Notes: generated from the letters alone by a model not told the origin. Counted from the stretch's first letter, positions 48,721 to 58,156 are shown. The stretch is DNA of 64,000 nt from a virus (IMGVR_UViG_3300014000_000001:32001-96000); one strand, 5' to 3'. Numbers and translations are program-made.

Positions 48721-49326
48721 ATGCTTTTAACAATAGCAACAAACCGTTATGCTTGCGGTCGTTTAGATCATGTGGATATTTGTTATCCAAGTTTCGTTGA
48801 TCCTACGGAAGTCAACGCCTCAGTGATTGCATTTGACGGTAGAACATTAACGCTTGATATTGAACCTTATAGTTTCGTTCGATTGAATCGAGATAATCAT
48901 TTATTTTTTGGTGTTCAAGATAAAGAACTAAAACTAATAGACCACACCACACGTAAAGTTGGGGTTTGTGATACAATCTCTCAATCGGTTTATAACGAAT
49001 ATAGTAGAATCATCCTAGGGCGTTTGTTTAAAAATAATCCTTTTGAAAATCCCATATTAGTAGATGCTCGATACGATTTTGGTAAATTCTATACAGGGTA
49101 TGTGAATCCTCAAGTTCTATTCTTAAAACGCTCAGATATGGCTGAAGAAGCTGGCCATTATTTGCATGGGGGCGATTATACTTATTTAATCGGACATAAT
49201 ATTGTTTATGTCGAAGATGATAAAATCCCCTATGTTAAAGAACTCCATAACAAGCTCTGCAAAGAGCTTAACTTCGGTATTCCTCTAGAGTTTAAATTCC
49301 TAGATACAATTTTGGATAATCTATAA
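48721..49326 (+). CDS. Hypothetical protein (201 aa)
   Basis: AGGGG SD; coupled to the kinase gene by TAATG. Confidence 0.75.
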   Translation: MLLTIATNRYACGRLDHVDICYPSFVDPTEVNASVIAFDGRTLTLDIEPYSFVRLNRDNHLFFGVQDKELKLIDHTTRKVGVCDTISQSVYNEYSRIILGRLFKNNPFENPILVDARYDFGKFYTGYVNPQVLFLKRSDMAEEAGHYLHGGDYTYLIGHNIVYVEDDKIPYVKELHNKLCKELNFGIPLEFKFLDTILDNL

Positions 49327-49925
49327 TGAAAATGATTATTTTAAATGGTCCACCTGGTGGTGGAAAAGATACATTCATGGATCTTCTTAAAGCAGAAGAT
49401 GGGCTTGACACCAAGGGGAAGATTCTAGTTCCTTACTGTTATAAATGGACACTATGTGAAGCAGTGGGTAAACGTTATGGATTACCGACGATGGCTGTTT
49501 GGGATATTAATGCAACACGTGCATTGAAGGAACTTCCTAATGAGAAGTTTGGTGGGAAATCCGTACGTCAAGCGTTGATTTACGAATCTGAAGAAGTGAT
49601 CAAAAAACAATACGGTGAAACAGGGGTCGCCATTCAAACCTTTGAAAATATTAAACGTGATTATCATGATTTTGATTTTGATGAGTTAATTCTTCTTACT
49701 GCTTCTGGCGGCTTTAACTCTGAAACCACAGCTGCTTTTGAATTCTTTAACACCACACGAAAAGATTTATTCATTGTGCGTATCGATCGTGAAGGTTGTA
49801 GCTACGAAGCTGTGAATGATTCACGTGAATATTTAAAAGACCCTGATCTTGCTTTTCGTAACGATTACACCATTGATGACATGAAAGTCTACATTCCAGC
49901 AGTACAACAATTCATAGATCGCTAA
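49326..49925 (+). CDS. P-loop kinase, deoxynucleoside monophosphate kinase-like
   Basis: N-terminal IILNGPPGGGKDT Walker A; G.S.RQ.LI..SE..IK..YG and DSRE motifs. Confidence 0.8.
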   Translation: MKMIILNGPPGGGKDTFMDLLKAEDGLDTKGKILVPYCYKWTLCEAVGKRYGLPTMAVWDINATRALKELPNEKFGGKSVRQALIYESEEVIKKQYGETGVAIQTFENIKRDYHDFDFDELILLTASGGFNSETTAAFEFFNTTRKDLFIVRIDREGCSYEAVNDSREYLKDPDLAFRNDYTIDDMKVYIPAVQQFIDR

Positions 49926-50426
49926 ATGCGATCTATGAATCCTTATGAGAACTTACTTTTTAGAGATTATACCATGACTGAATTCGTAACTGGGATTAAT
50001 ATCCTGCTTTCTATTATTATCATTGCAGTAACCTTAGGATTACACCATTACTGTGTTAAACAAATTAGTAATGGGTTTAAAGTCCCATTCTTTGAAGAAA
50101 CTACAGTAGTTAAATTTCTTAATTACTGGAAAATCTTCAACCGAGTACTTATTGGTTTAATCATCCTATCTTATTTTGTCTGGGCTATAAATGGGTATTA
50201 CCAGAGTGTGAAGAACCAAACTACAGTCTCTAACAAACCAGTGACTCCTGTAATACAAAAAGTGTATATTGAAAAAGCAACTCCTGTTAAAACTACACTG
50301 GATCAAGAAGTATTCTTTTATTGTTTAGATAAAGCTTCTAGTCGTAAAGATGGAGTGAGTGCAGAGCAAATTAAAGCCTGTAAAGAAGCTGCGCTTAATA
50401 CTGTTAACCGTTTAACTGAAAAATAG
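49926..50426 (+). CDS. Membrane protein with two TM segments
   Basis: GINILLSIIIIAVTLGL and VLIGLIILSYFVWAI. Confidence 0.7.
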   Translation: MRSMNPYENLLFRDYTMTEFVTGINILLSIIIIAVTLGLHHYCVKQISNGFKVPFFEETTVVKFLNYWKIFNRVLIGLIILSYFVWAINGYYQSVKNQTTVSNKPVTPVIQKVYIEKATPVKTTLDQEVFFYCLDKASSRKDGVSAEQIKACKEAALNTVNRLTEK

Positions 50427-50523
50427 ATAGACATATACTATCTAACTGATGAAGTTCATCATTAAAAAATTAACCTATCTTAGCATCATTATGAATGCTA
50501 GATTTTAAATAGGCAGATTAGCT

Positions 50524-51357
50524 ATGTTTGTACCATATCGTAAACTCATTGACACATTAACCCGTACGAATAAAAAATACAATCAGGTGCGTTTAACCGC
50601 AACACTGAATCCACCTTTATTGTATTCTAAACATTCTGATAGTACGGCCATCCAATTATTAGAAAACGAATATCTTTACCTCATGCAAGATGGAGATATT
50701 TTAGTTAGTCCTCCAGTATGTCCAGATCAACGTACTTGGATTGCTAATGATATGCGTCACCTTGTGGGTGGGGAAAAAGATAAAACCATTTTACAATACA
50801 AAAAGGGTGCTGGACTTATTAGTTTAGCCGAACTACCCGATGATATGTTCAAAGTTTGTGAAATGAATGTTAAGCTTATTAATTTGTTTAAAGATGCGTT
50901 GAACAAAACCACGCAAGTAAAATTACCTTATGCTTTTTTAACTGGACTCACAGAACATCCTAGATTAAATTGCTTTACAGTAGATAAAACTAAATCTAAC
51001 TACAAAGCGTATTTAGAAAGAATGTTGAGTCAGCCTAACATTGCTGAATCTATCTTAGTCTCAGGTATGTTGAATAACTACCCGTTACCACTAAACTTTA
51101 TAGTTGGTGGTAAGTATGATTTTGTCAATATGACTTGGTTATTATTTTATCACCCGAAATACGGTGTGTCATTCATTGGATCAATTACAGATATTATTAA
51201 TCTCCAAGATGGGGATGTGATAGATTTAAAACTAAGCGATGAGTTAGAGGTTCGAATCAATACATGTAAAGACAAACAAACCTTTAAAGGTGAACTGTGT
51301 GTCGATGTAACAGCCCTTGAACTACCTGAAGCAATTATAGATATGGTGAAAGTCTAA
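50524..51357 (+). CDS. Hypothetical protein (277 aa)
   Basis: ORF; degenerate promoter motif at ~50427-50450. Confidence 0.75.
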   Translation: MFVPYRKLIDTLTRTNKKYNQVRLTATLNPPLLYSKHSDSTAIQLLENEYLYLMQDGDILVSPPVCPDQRTWIANDMRHLVGGEKDKTILQYKKGAGLISLAELPDDMFKVCEMNVKLINLFKDALNKTTQVKLPYAFLTGLTEHPRLNCFTVDKTKSNYKAYLERMLSQPNIAESILVSGMLNNYPLPLNFIVGGKYDFVNMTWLLFYHPKYGVSFIGSITDIINLQDGDVIDLKLSDELEVRINTCKDKQTFKGELCVDVTALELPEAIIDMVKV

Positions 51358-52271
51358 TGCAAAAGTCTAATGATGCAATTCATCAAGTAGTTTGCAATCC
51401 TAATTTCAGTGATTCCATATGGTCATTAATTGAAGTGTTTAAAAAGTACTATCAGACCTTCACTGAAATGACATTTGAAATAGGTGATACTAACCAAGCC
51501 TTACAGTTATTTAAGCTATTCAACTACTTTAATGATGCTCCATTACCTAAAGTAATTGATGGTCAAATTCTAGGTGGTGGTTTTGGTTGGTTCTATGGTG
51601 GGGAAAATGGCAATCCTACTCACTTTATTATTCCTAAAGGCAATGTGGATTCGAGTTTAATTAACTCAGCTGTGATCTTGGGAGAAGATTGTGTAATATT
51701 GGGAGTTGATTGGTCAATGATCATTATTGATTTAAGGCACAACAAACCAAGTGGGATCACCTACACCACGATTGATTTTACTCGAAAGTATTTAATTGAA
51801 GGTAAAATTCTTCCTTTAATTCACGCGGATTTCAAACCTGTCAAAGTGAAGAAAAAGACATATCATAAACTTAATGAAATTATGATGAAGATCCACCAAT
51901 GGAAAACCATTCCCCAAGAAAAACGGATCTTAATGCAGGAGTTGTTTACTCAAACGAATGAGTATATTCAATATACTCAAGGATTAATTCATAATCTCAC
52001 TATGGGTGGATTTATTAATATATCTGCTAAAGACAATCTGGACTTCGATCTTAAGCAATGTATTTTAGATATCATAGAAGGTGGGTTAGTTGATAATCCT
52101 GATTTGGGTAAATTTATCTTATTATTACACTCGATCACACTGGAGTTAGTTGAGTTACAAGAGATGACCTTCTTTCATACACCACTTAACTTTAGTAATT
52201 TTAATTATTCCTCATCTAATGAAGGTGAATCAAATCCATATATGGAGATAACTCCCAACACATTCTGTTAA
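51357..52271 (+). CDS. Hypothetical protein (304 aa)
   Basis: TAATG coupling to the upstream gene. Confidence 0.75.
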   Translation: MQKSNDAIHQVVCNPNFSDSIWSLIEVFKKYYQTFTEMTFEIGDTNQALQLFKLFNYFNDAPLPKVIDGQILGGGFGWFYGGENGNPTHFIIPKGNVDSSLINSAVILGEDCVILGVDWSMIIIDLRHNKPSGITYTTIDFTRKYLIEGKILPLIHADFKPVKVKKKTYHKLNEIMMKIHQWKTIPQEKRILMQELFTQTNEYIQYTQGLIHNLTMGGFINISAKDNLDFDLKQCILDIIEGGLVDNPDLGKFILLLHSITLELVELQEMTFFHTPLNFSNFNYSSSNEGESNPYMEITPNTFC

Positions 52272-52275
52272 TAAT

Positions 52276-52310
52276 AGGTTAAGGTTCCGTTTGGAACCTT
52301 AACCTTTCTT
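52276..52310 (+). terminator. Intrinsic terminator
   Basis: AGGTTAAGGTTCC-GTTT-GGAACCTTAACCT then a T-rich tail. Confidence 0.75.
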
Positions 52311-52326
52311 TATAAGGATTCATTTC

Positions 52327-52866
52327 ATGAAAGTTAAAACTCTTTATTTATACGCTTTATTCATCTGGGGAGCTGTCGCAATTGCATTTATCTGTTTGCT
52401 TACAGAAACAGGGTATGCTAAGACGGTAGATACAGGTTGGACACAACAAGGGGTGGGAAGTTATTACGCACATAAATTTAATGGGCGTAAGACCGCATCT
52501 GGGGAACGTTATCGTCATCAAGCATTAACTGCCGCACATCGTACTTTACCTTTTGGTACTAAGATTCAAGTCATGGACAAAAATACGGGCAAAGCTGTAG
52601 TAGTGACTGTTAATGATCGAGGACCTTTTCATAAAGGAAGGATTTTAGATTTATCAGGAAAGGCTGCACGAGAATTAGGGATTACCAAGAAGGGTGTATG
52701 TGATGTAGAGCTTACGGTATTATCCATCCCCATAAAGGGTAACAATAAACTTGATTCATTGCCACCATCATTAAATGATCTTCCTAAAACCAAATCCGTC
52801 TTTAAAGACCGTTCAGATTCCATTGCTAATCTGATCGCGGTAAACTTTGATATTAGTAAACTTTAG
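52327..52866 (+). CDS. rlpA: RlpA-family lytic transglycosylase (double-psi beta barrel) with N-terminal hydrophobic anchor
   Basis: G..SYY...F.GRKTASGE.Y...LTAAHRTLPFGT...VNDRGPF..GRILDLS..AA.ELG. Confidence 0.92.
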   Translation: MKVKTLYLYALFIWGAVAIAFICLLTETGYAKTVDTGWTQQGVGSYYAHKFNGRKTASGERYRHQALTAAHRTLPFGTKIQVMDKNTGKAVVVTVNDRGPFHKGRILDLSGKAARELGITKKGVCDVELTVLSIPIKGNNKLDSLPPSLNDLPKTKSVFKDRSDSIANLIAVNFDISKL

Positions 52867-52888
52867 TAACAATACAGAGGTTAGAAAT

Positions 52889-53776
52889 ATGTTTCGTGTT
52901 AAATTAGTGGATTCACGTTTTCATGATAATGTAATCATTCAAGAAATTGATGAATTCATTTCAAGCATCCCTAAAGAACAAATTGCTTACGATTTACGTG
53001 CAGAGCAAACTCAATCCATGTTACAGGTGTTTCGTCTACTACATAAACTCTTTAAAGATCGTTTTAAAGAAGAACAAGTTGTGAATGAGATTTACCAGTT
53101 TAAAGCAGGTATAGGTATTGATCCACACTATCATGTGTTTCATTTAAGTGCAGGTAAGAAACTAACCCAACATAATGTAGCGTATTTAAAACCAAGTAAA
53201 GCAACCTCCTTTAACTATCTATTTAAAGATAAGAGCATTACTTTGTTCTTTAGCCCTAAACTCTACCCTTCTGATAATCGCACCTATATCTTTACCCCAC
53301 CTTCGATGTCAATCCGTAACATTGTGCACGGTAATGTGTTATTCAAGCAGATTTGGGCAAAGCGTAAAGTGAACGATACTAAAGCCATTTGGTTGATGCG
53401 ACCAGATGACATTAAATTTACTATCAAGACCTTAGTTGATCAACTATATGTAGATGTTTGTACTTTTCGTGGAACTCCAGCTAGAGAACTAAAAGCTCAC
53501 CAATATGCATACATCACCGAGAACATCCTTAAACGCGCGTTACAGCTATTCTCTTATATTCATGTCTATAACAACGTAGAAGCCAAAGATATTAAGCTAG
53601 TGCGTTTAGATTCGCATCTGCGCGCAGAATACTTCGATGTCACCTACAATGCTTTTAACCGTGATGGCGGAGCACTTGCCTTTGCCGAATGTTTATTACA
53701 GTATATTGGAATTTGGCTTGAATACATGTTCGTTGAGAACTACGGTCATTTGGCCACAACATTAAGAAAGGTATAA
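52889..53776 (+). CDS. Hypothetical protein (start moved to MFRVK)
   Basis: ACAGAGGT SD before ATG 52889. Confidence 0.8.
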   Translation: MFRVKLVDSRFHDNVIIQEIDEFISSIPKEQIAYDLRAEQTQSMLQVFRLLHKLFKDRFKEEQVVNEIYQFKAGIGIDPHYHVFHLSAGKKLTQHNVAYLKPSKATSFNYLFKDKSITLFFSPKLYPSDNRTYIFTPPSMSIRNIVHGNVLFKQIWAKRKVNDTKAIWLMRPDDIKFTIKTLVDQLYVDVCTFRGTPARELKAHQYAYITENILKRALQLFSYIHVYNNVEAKDIKLVRLDSHLRAEYFDVTYNAFNRDGGALAFAECLLQYIGIWLEYMFVENYGHLATTLRKV

Positions 53777-53780
53777 GGTT

Positions 53781-54323
53781 ATGACTAAGGTTGCTATATT
53801 GGGCGCTCCAACTGAAATCGGTAGAAGTAGTGCCATGCTTCATGCATTACAGCATGAACAAGCAGTACGTGCTACAGAGATGAAGAAACGTCGTGAGCAG
53901 ATTGGTGCTTTGCTAGAACCTCATTTAAGTTATGAGATTTTAGCTGGGTATGAGAATCTCTCACGTAAAGAGCTTAAGAAGAAAAGCAAAGAGTTTTGCT
54001 TTATTCACATGCAGATTAAAGATCTAGGCTTATCTAGATATGCAAGAACTCATAAAGGGATTAGTAATACCAACGTTGCTAAGATCTCAACTATAATGAG
54101 TTATATTTCGCATTCTAAGCAGTTTTGCGATATGGATATGGAAAAGTGTGATCAAGACTACTTTGACCTTGTACTCTCGATCTACGCAGCATTAAAGGGT
54201 ATTGGTGAGGTAATGACTAAATTCAATATCTCCTTAGCTGTTAAACAAAAGTATGTCTTCATCTCATCAGAGATTGGATTACGACTTTATTCACTTTATA
54301 TTGATCATCGCATGGATATGTGA
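53781..54323 (+). CDS. Hypothetical protein (180 aa)
   Basis: ORF contiguous with the upstream gene. Confidence 0.7.
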   Translation: MTKVAILGAPTEIGRSSAMLHALQHEQAVRATEMKKRREQIGALLEPHLSYEILAGYENLSRKELKKKSKEFCFIHMQIKDLGLSRYARTHKGISNTNVAKISTIMSYISHSKQFCDMDMEKCDQDYFDLVLSIYAALKGIGEVMTKFNISLAVKQKYVFISSEIGLRLYSLYIDHRMDM

Positions 54324-54332
54324 TTATAAATG

Positions 54333-54360
54333 AAAAGAAGAACCCTAGGGTTCTTCTTTT
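54333..54360. terminator. 28-bp palindromic terminator
   Basis: AAAAGAAGAACCCTAGGGTTCTTCTTTT then TTATGC. Confidence 0.85.
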
Positions 54361-54398
54361 TTATGCTTTTTATGATTTTAATCTAAGGGGAATCTATT

Positions 54399-54914
54399 AT
54401 GTCTGTTTTATTATCAGAATTAGAATTGAATCGTTCTATCAGTAAAAACTTTAAATATAGTGAAATGTGCTTATCAGGTAAAGCACGTAGTTTAGGAATT
54501 AAGAATATTCCTACCCAGATAGAAGCTAACCATATTAAAGAATTAGTTGAGAATATCTTACAACCATTACGTGATGAGTTAGGCTTAGTGATTAAGGTTA
54601 ATTCAGGTTTTCGTAATCAGAAGGTTAATGCTTTAGTAGGTGGGGTTAAGAACTCAGCTCATCTATCAGGTTATGCAGCTGATATTCATTGTCCTGGTTA
54701 TAAGGGTGGTTCTATTAAGGAGTTATGTCTTTATATTGAACAGTTCTTAAAGAGTAAGGGTATTAAGTTTGATCAATTGATCTATGAGTATGGAGATAAG
54801 AATATCCCTACTAAAGGATGGGTTCATATTGGGATACGTGATCTAGGTGGTTATCAACGTAATGAAGTGATTACCATTAATAAGAAAGGTAAATTTAATG
54901 GTATTGTTGATTAA
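54399..54914 (+). CDS. Peptidase M15-family Zn peptidase, probable endolysin
   Basis: SGFR...N..VGG..NSAHLSGYAADI and WVHIG Zn-binding motifs. Confidence 0.9.
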   Translation: MSVLLSELELNRSISKNFKYSEMCLSGKARSLGIKNIPTQIEANHIKELVENILQPLRDELGLVIKVNSGFRNQKVNALVGGVKNSAHLSGYAADIHCPGYKGGSIKELCLYIEQFLKSKGIKFDQLIYEYGDKNIPTKGWVHIGIRDLGGYQRNEVITINKKGKFNGIVD

Positions 54915-54923
54915 GGAGTAGTT

Positions 54924-55055
54924 ATGAGTACATGGATGTTAGTGTTGCTAGTTATCGTTGGTTTAGTGTTGTTATGGTTAGGTATATTGTTTAGTTGTAT
55001 AGGATGGTATATCTATCGTAATGGTATTATTGTTTCTCCTAATTGTATTAAGTGA
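54924..55055 (+). CDS. Small membrane protein (43 aa), not in the ORF track
   Basis: TAAGGAG SD; MSTWMLVLLVIVGLVLLWLGILFSCIGWYIYRNGIIVSPNCIK. Confidence 0.7.
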   Translation: MSTWMLVLLVIVGLVLLWLGILFSCIGWYIYRNGIIVSPNCIK

Positions 55056-55062
55056 GTAAATG

Positions 55063-55090
55063 AATAGAGATAGCTTAAGCTATCTCTATT
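55063..55090. terminator. 28-bp palindromic terminator
   Basis: AATAGAGATAGCTTAAGCTATCTCTATT. Confidence 0.75.
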
Positions 55091-55186
55091 TTGTTATTAT
55101 GGTAATTTAATATTGAAGTTGACTATATTATATGTTGGGAATATTAGTTGGTTATTTAGTATTTCCAATGGGGAACATATCTCTCT

Positions 55187-55605
55187 ATATATAACGAATG
55201 AAATGAGTTATATATGCCTACAGTGGTTAGAGAAGAGCATAGCTATGAACGATAGTGAATAGGTAAATGCGATGAACTAACATGTAGAATGAGCTTACGT
55301 TACTACGTAATGAAATGGAGTAGGAATTAGTAAGCGATAGAGCATGAGCGGAGCGAATACCTTAGTCTGTAATAGATACTAACATAAGAGAATTATAACA
55401 TAAGAGCGCAGCTCTTATATATATTATATTTCATACAATAGGCAAATAATTAAAATAATAATTAAAGAGAATAAAGATTAAGAGAATGAGTACGTAAGTA
55501 AACTCATTCTTAAGTTAAGATATAGGGATAATGAATGATCCCTTTAGGAAGATCATTCTAGATAGATTAAATAACTTAGGAGAAGGGGAAACCTTTCTCC
55601 TAAGA
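55187..55605 (+). other. Non-coding array of imperfect hairpins with purine-rich loops (structured ssDNA/RNA; origin candidate)
   Basis: About nine consecutive stem-loops; caps of the type GA-AT-GAA-AT-GA, GA-AC-GATA-GT-GA, GA-GC-GGA-GC-GA; no ORF. Confidence 0.6.
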
Positions 55606-55635
55606 ATATATGCTGTTTTATGAAATTAATTTTAT

Positions 55636-55660
55636 TTTAGATATATATTATCTAAGAGAA
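55636..55660 (+). promoter_or_regulatory. Putative early promoter
   Basis: TTTAGATATATATTATCTAAGAGAA. Confidence 0.7.
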
Positions 55661-55697
55661 GATAGTTGTTAAACTTAATGTTAGATTACAGAGGTAA

Positions 55698-57917
55698 ATG
55701 AAAATGATTACACATTTTAACCATACACTTGAAAAAGCAGAAATATGGAGTGTATTAGTGGGTAAGAACTATGCTGGACTAAAAGCATTGTTTCTTAAAA
55801 ACACTGATTTGATTACTGATATTCATCGTAACTTTAATGAAAGCTTTAAGCGAATGAAGATCAGTCAATTACAATATGATCGATTGACGTTAAACTTAGA
55901 AGATCCTATAGATGCTGATCGTTTATGTAACTTCTTTAAACGTTTTACTGAAGGACCAAATAAGTTTAACCCTAAGCTGAAATGGATTAGGAAAACCAAT
56001 CAAATTAAGATTAGTGTAGATATTGAGGAAGACTACTATGAGCGTCAGCGGGTGAATTGGTGGGCGATCCTCTTTTATATCCGCTATATTGAATATCATC
56101 AAACATTCATTGATGAACTTGGACGATCTTCATCAGAAGCTTCAAAGTCGTTATTGATTGACATTCGAGCTGCAAGTAAGGGTGGTCGCTTTTTAATAAG
56201 TTATGAGGGTCAGGTGTCAGAACAAGAGTTTGATTGGATCATGGGTTATGTGAAAACTTATGGGATGGACTCTCAAATATATGCAAGCCAGATAGGGGCT
56301 AAGATTAAGAAGGAAGAGGGCCCTGAATTCATACTATGGAGTAGTGGGCGTCGATGTCGTACGCGTGTTACATGTGATGAACCTGATGTTTACGCATATT
56401 ACCAAGATATGCGTGAAGTACTTAGTATCATCTGTCGAGGGGAGTATTATAGTATCCATGGATTGGTGAACTCCCCAGCCAGGATATTATTACAAGGATT
56501 TTGTTTATTGGAGAAAAGCATTAATTCGATTTCTTATTCTCCAGATGAAGATATGGTATATCTTCGAATGAAGGAAGAGAAGCTTGCTGAAGGGATAGAG
56601 TTGATCACTACTTTTAGAGATGCGTTAGGGTTACCTTCCTTAAAGTTCGACAATGAAGAAGGGATCTTGAGTATTTCGATATCGAAAGGATCTAGTTTTA
56701 ATTACAACCATCAAATATTTAACTTAACCGTATTGCATTTATTTGCATGGTGGTTATCAATTAAAAGATCTTCAGTACCGGAAGCTTTATTCCCTATAGA
56801 GCACCCTAAACCAAGAGTATCTCGCCCAGATCTAGCTCTTGGACAACACCACACATCAAACACAGAGGTAAGTAAAATGAATTGTAATGACAAAAAACCA
56901 TTGAATGAAATTGTGATAGCATGTTTAAATGGATTGTTCTCACTAAGAGTACCACGTCGAGGGTCTCCCCTTTTAGGTGATTTAAAATCAGATTTCGATG
57001 AATTAAGACAAATGATGACATTTATCCCACCAACACCAGGGTATAGCAACATCATTGATTTGTGTAATAAGATTGAAATCGGTGAGGGTTCTGGTAAGAA
57101 TCTAATGATTGATTTTTACCCGATAGGTTTTACTAAAGATCTATTAGATAAAATTTACAAATTAATATTCGTGGAATCTGGGAAGATCGACCAAAGAGAG
57201 TTAGAGGGGGTTTTTAACTTAAGTCAATCTGTTCGACATGGGTTAGATGTAGTTAGCTTGAAAATTAATATGGGTTATATCAACTTTAAGCAAACTATCA
57301 TTGAAACAAACTTAATGATCATGTTTATTGTCATGGTTTATGATTCATATTCGAGTCGTGATCAACAACGCTCAACAAGTAGACCATTTTGGGCAGATCA
57401 ACCTAGTACTGATTCACGATACTATGATCGAGCGAGACCTTCTCGTGTTGAACGTTCTGGAGTGCGTACCGACATGGCACCTATTCGTGAGTTTGATCAA
57501 GATGCAATAGAGCTAATCACGCACCGTGCTCGCAAAATTGATATCGCGATCAAAGCCCTAATTCAGGTACTGCATGTTGAATCATTCAATAGCAATTCAG
57601 TTTCAGATGATGTTAACGATATCGTTTATGGAATTGATAACTTGTTTGAATATTTCCAACCCTATGTTGGATTCAGACGTTCATCTGAATATCCAAATGT
57701 TAAACATCGAACCTCTTTGACCGATTATATCTCGTATTGGTCACGGGTGGCAGCTAAAATCACCCAGATCATTGATCCAACGTCTAATAATCAACCAGAT
57801 GTATTTAATCTTGTCGAAATTGAGAAATGGATATTCCTCAAAGAGTTAGATATGTATGTTCACGTTATTTCATGTTTTAATGAAATTGAATCCAATGAGG
57901 AACCAAAAGATGCATGA
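55698..57917 (+). CDS. Hypothetical protein (739 aa) with a likely internal start at 56877
   Basis: ACAGAGGT SD at the 5' end and again at 56862-56869 before an in-frame ATG. Confidence 0.75.
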   Translation: MKMITHFNHTLEKAEIWSVLVGKNYAGLKALFLKNTDLITDIHRNFNESFKRMKISQLQYDRLTLNLEDPIDADRLCNFFKRFTEGPNKFNPKLKWIRKTNQIKISVDIEEDYYERQRVNWWAILFYIRYIEYHQTFIDELGRSSSEASKSLLIDIRAASKGGRFLISYEGQVSEQEFDWIMGYVKTYGMDSQIYASQIGAKIKKEEGPEFILWSSGRRCRTRVTCDEPDVYAYYQDMREVLSIICRGEYYSIHGLVNSPARILLQGFCLLEKSINSISYSPDEDMVYLRMKEEKLAEGIELITTFRDALGLPSLKFDNEEGILSISISKGSSFNYNHQIFNLTVLHLFAWWLSIKRSSVPEALFPIEHPKPRVSRPDLALGQHHTSNTEVSKMNCNDKKPLNEIVIACLNGLFSLRVPRRGSPLLGDLKSDFDELRQMMTFIPPTPGYSNIIDLCNKIEIGEGSGKNLMIDFYPIGFTKDLLDKIYKLIFVESGKIDQRELEGVFNLSQSVRHGLDVVSLKINMGYINFKQTIIETNLMIMFIVMVYDSYSSRDQQRSTSRPFWADQPSTDSRYYDRARPSRVERSGVRTDMAPIREFDQDAIELITHRARKIDIAIKALIQVLHVESFNSNSVSDDVNDIVYGIDNLFEYFQPYVGFRRSSEYPNVKHRTSLTDYISYWSRVAAKITQIIDPTSNNQPDVFNLVEIEKWIFLKELDMYVHVISCFNEIESNEEPKDA

Positions 57918-58146
57918 TTACTTTGTGTGGTTATTCAGTGTTGTAATAACCTTTGGATTGGGTGCGTTCATAGCGTACCATTTCACCTCTAAAGCTTTAA
58001 ACTCGCAACTTAAAGCGTTGCAAGATAAACATGATATATTGGCGGTGAATCATGAGCGTCTCGCTGATCGAGCTCGAATGCAATTTGAGCAAGATCAAAA
58101 AACCATTAACTTACTTAAATCAACTGAACGTAAGCGTGTTGAATAA
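57910..58146 (+). CDS. Small membrane-anchored coiled-coil protein (78 aa)
   Basis: Start overlaps the upstream gene end; YFVWLFSVVITFGLGAFIAY TM segment then a heptad-like tail. Confidence 0.65.
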   Translation: MHDYFVWLFSVVITFGLGAFIAYHFTSKALNSQLKALQDKHDILAVNHERLADRARMQFEQDQKTINLLKSTERKRVE

Positions 58147-58156
58147 GCAGCATAAA

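Noticed and set aside
55180-55610. CRISPR array or tandem repeat
   Set aside because: No identical repeats with regular spacers; only one short direct repeat (AACATAAGAG) and otherwise structural repetition
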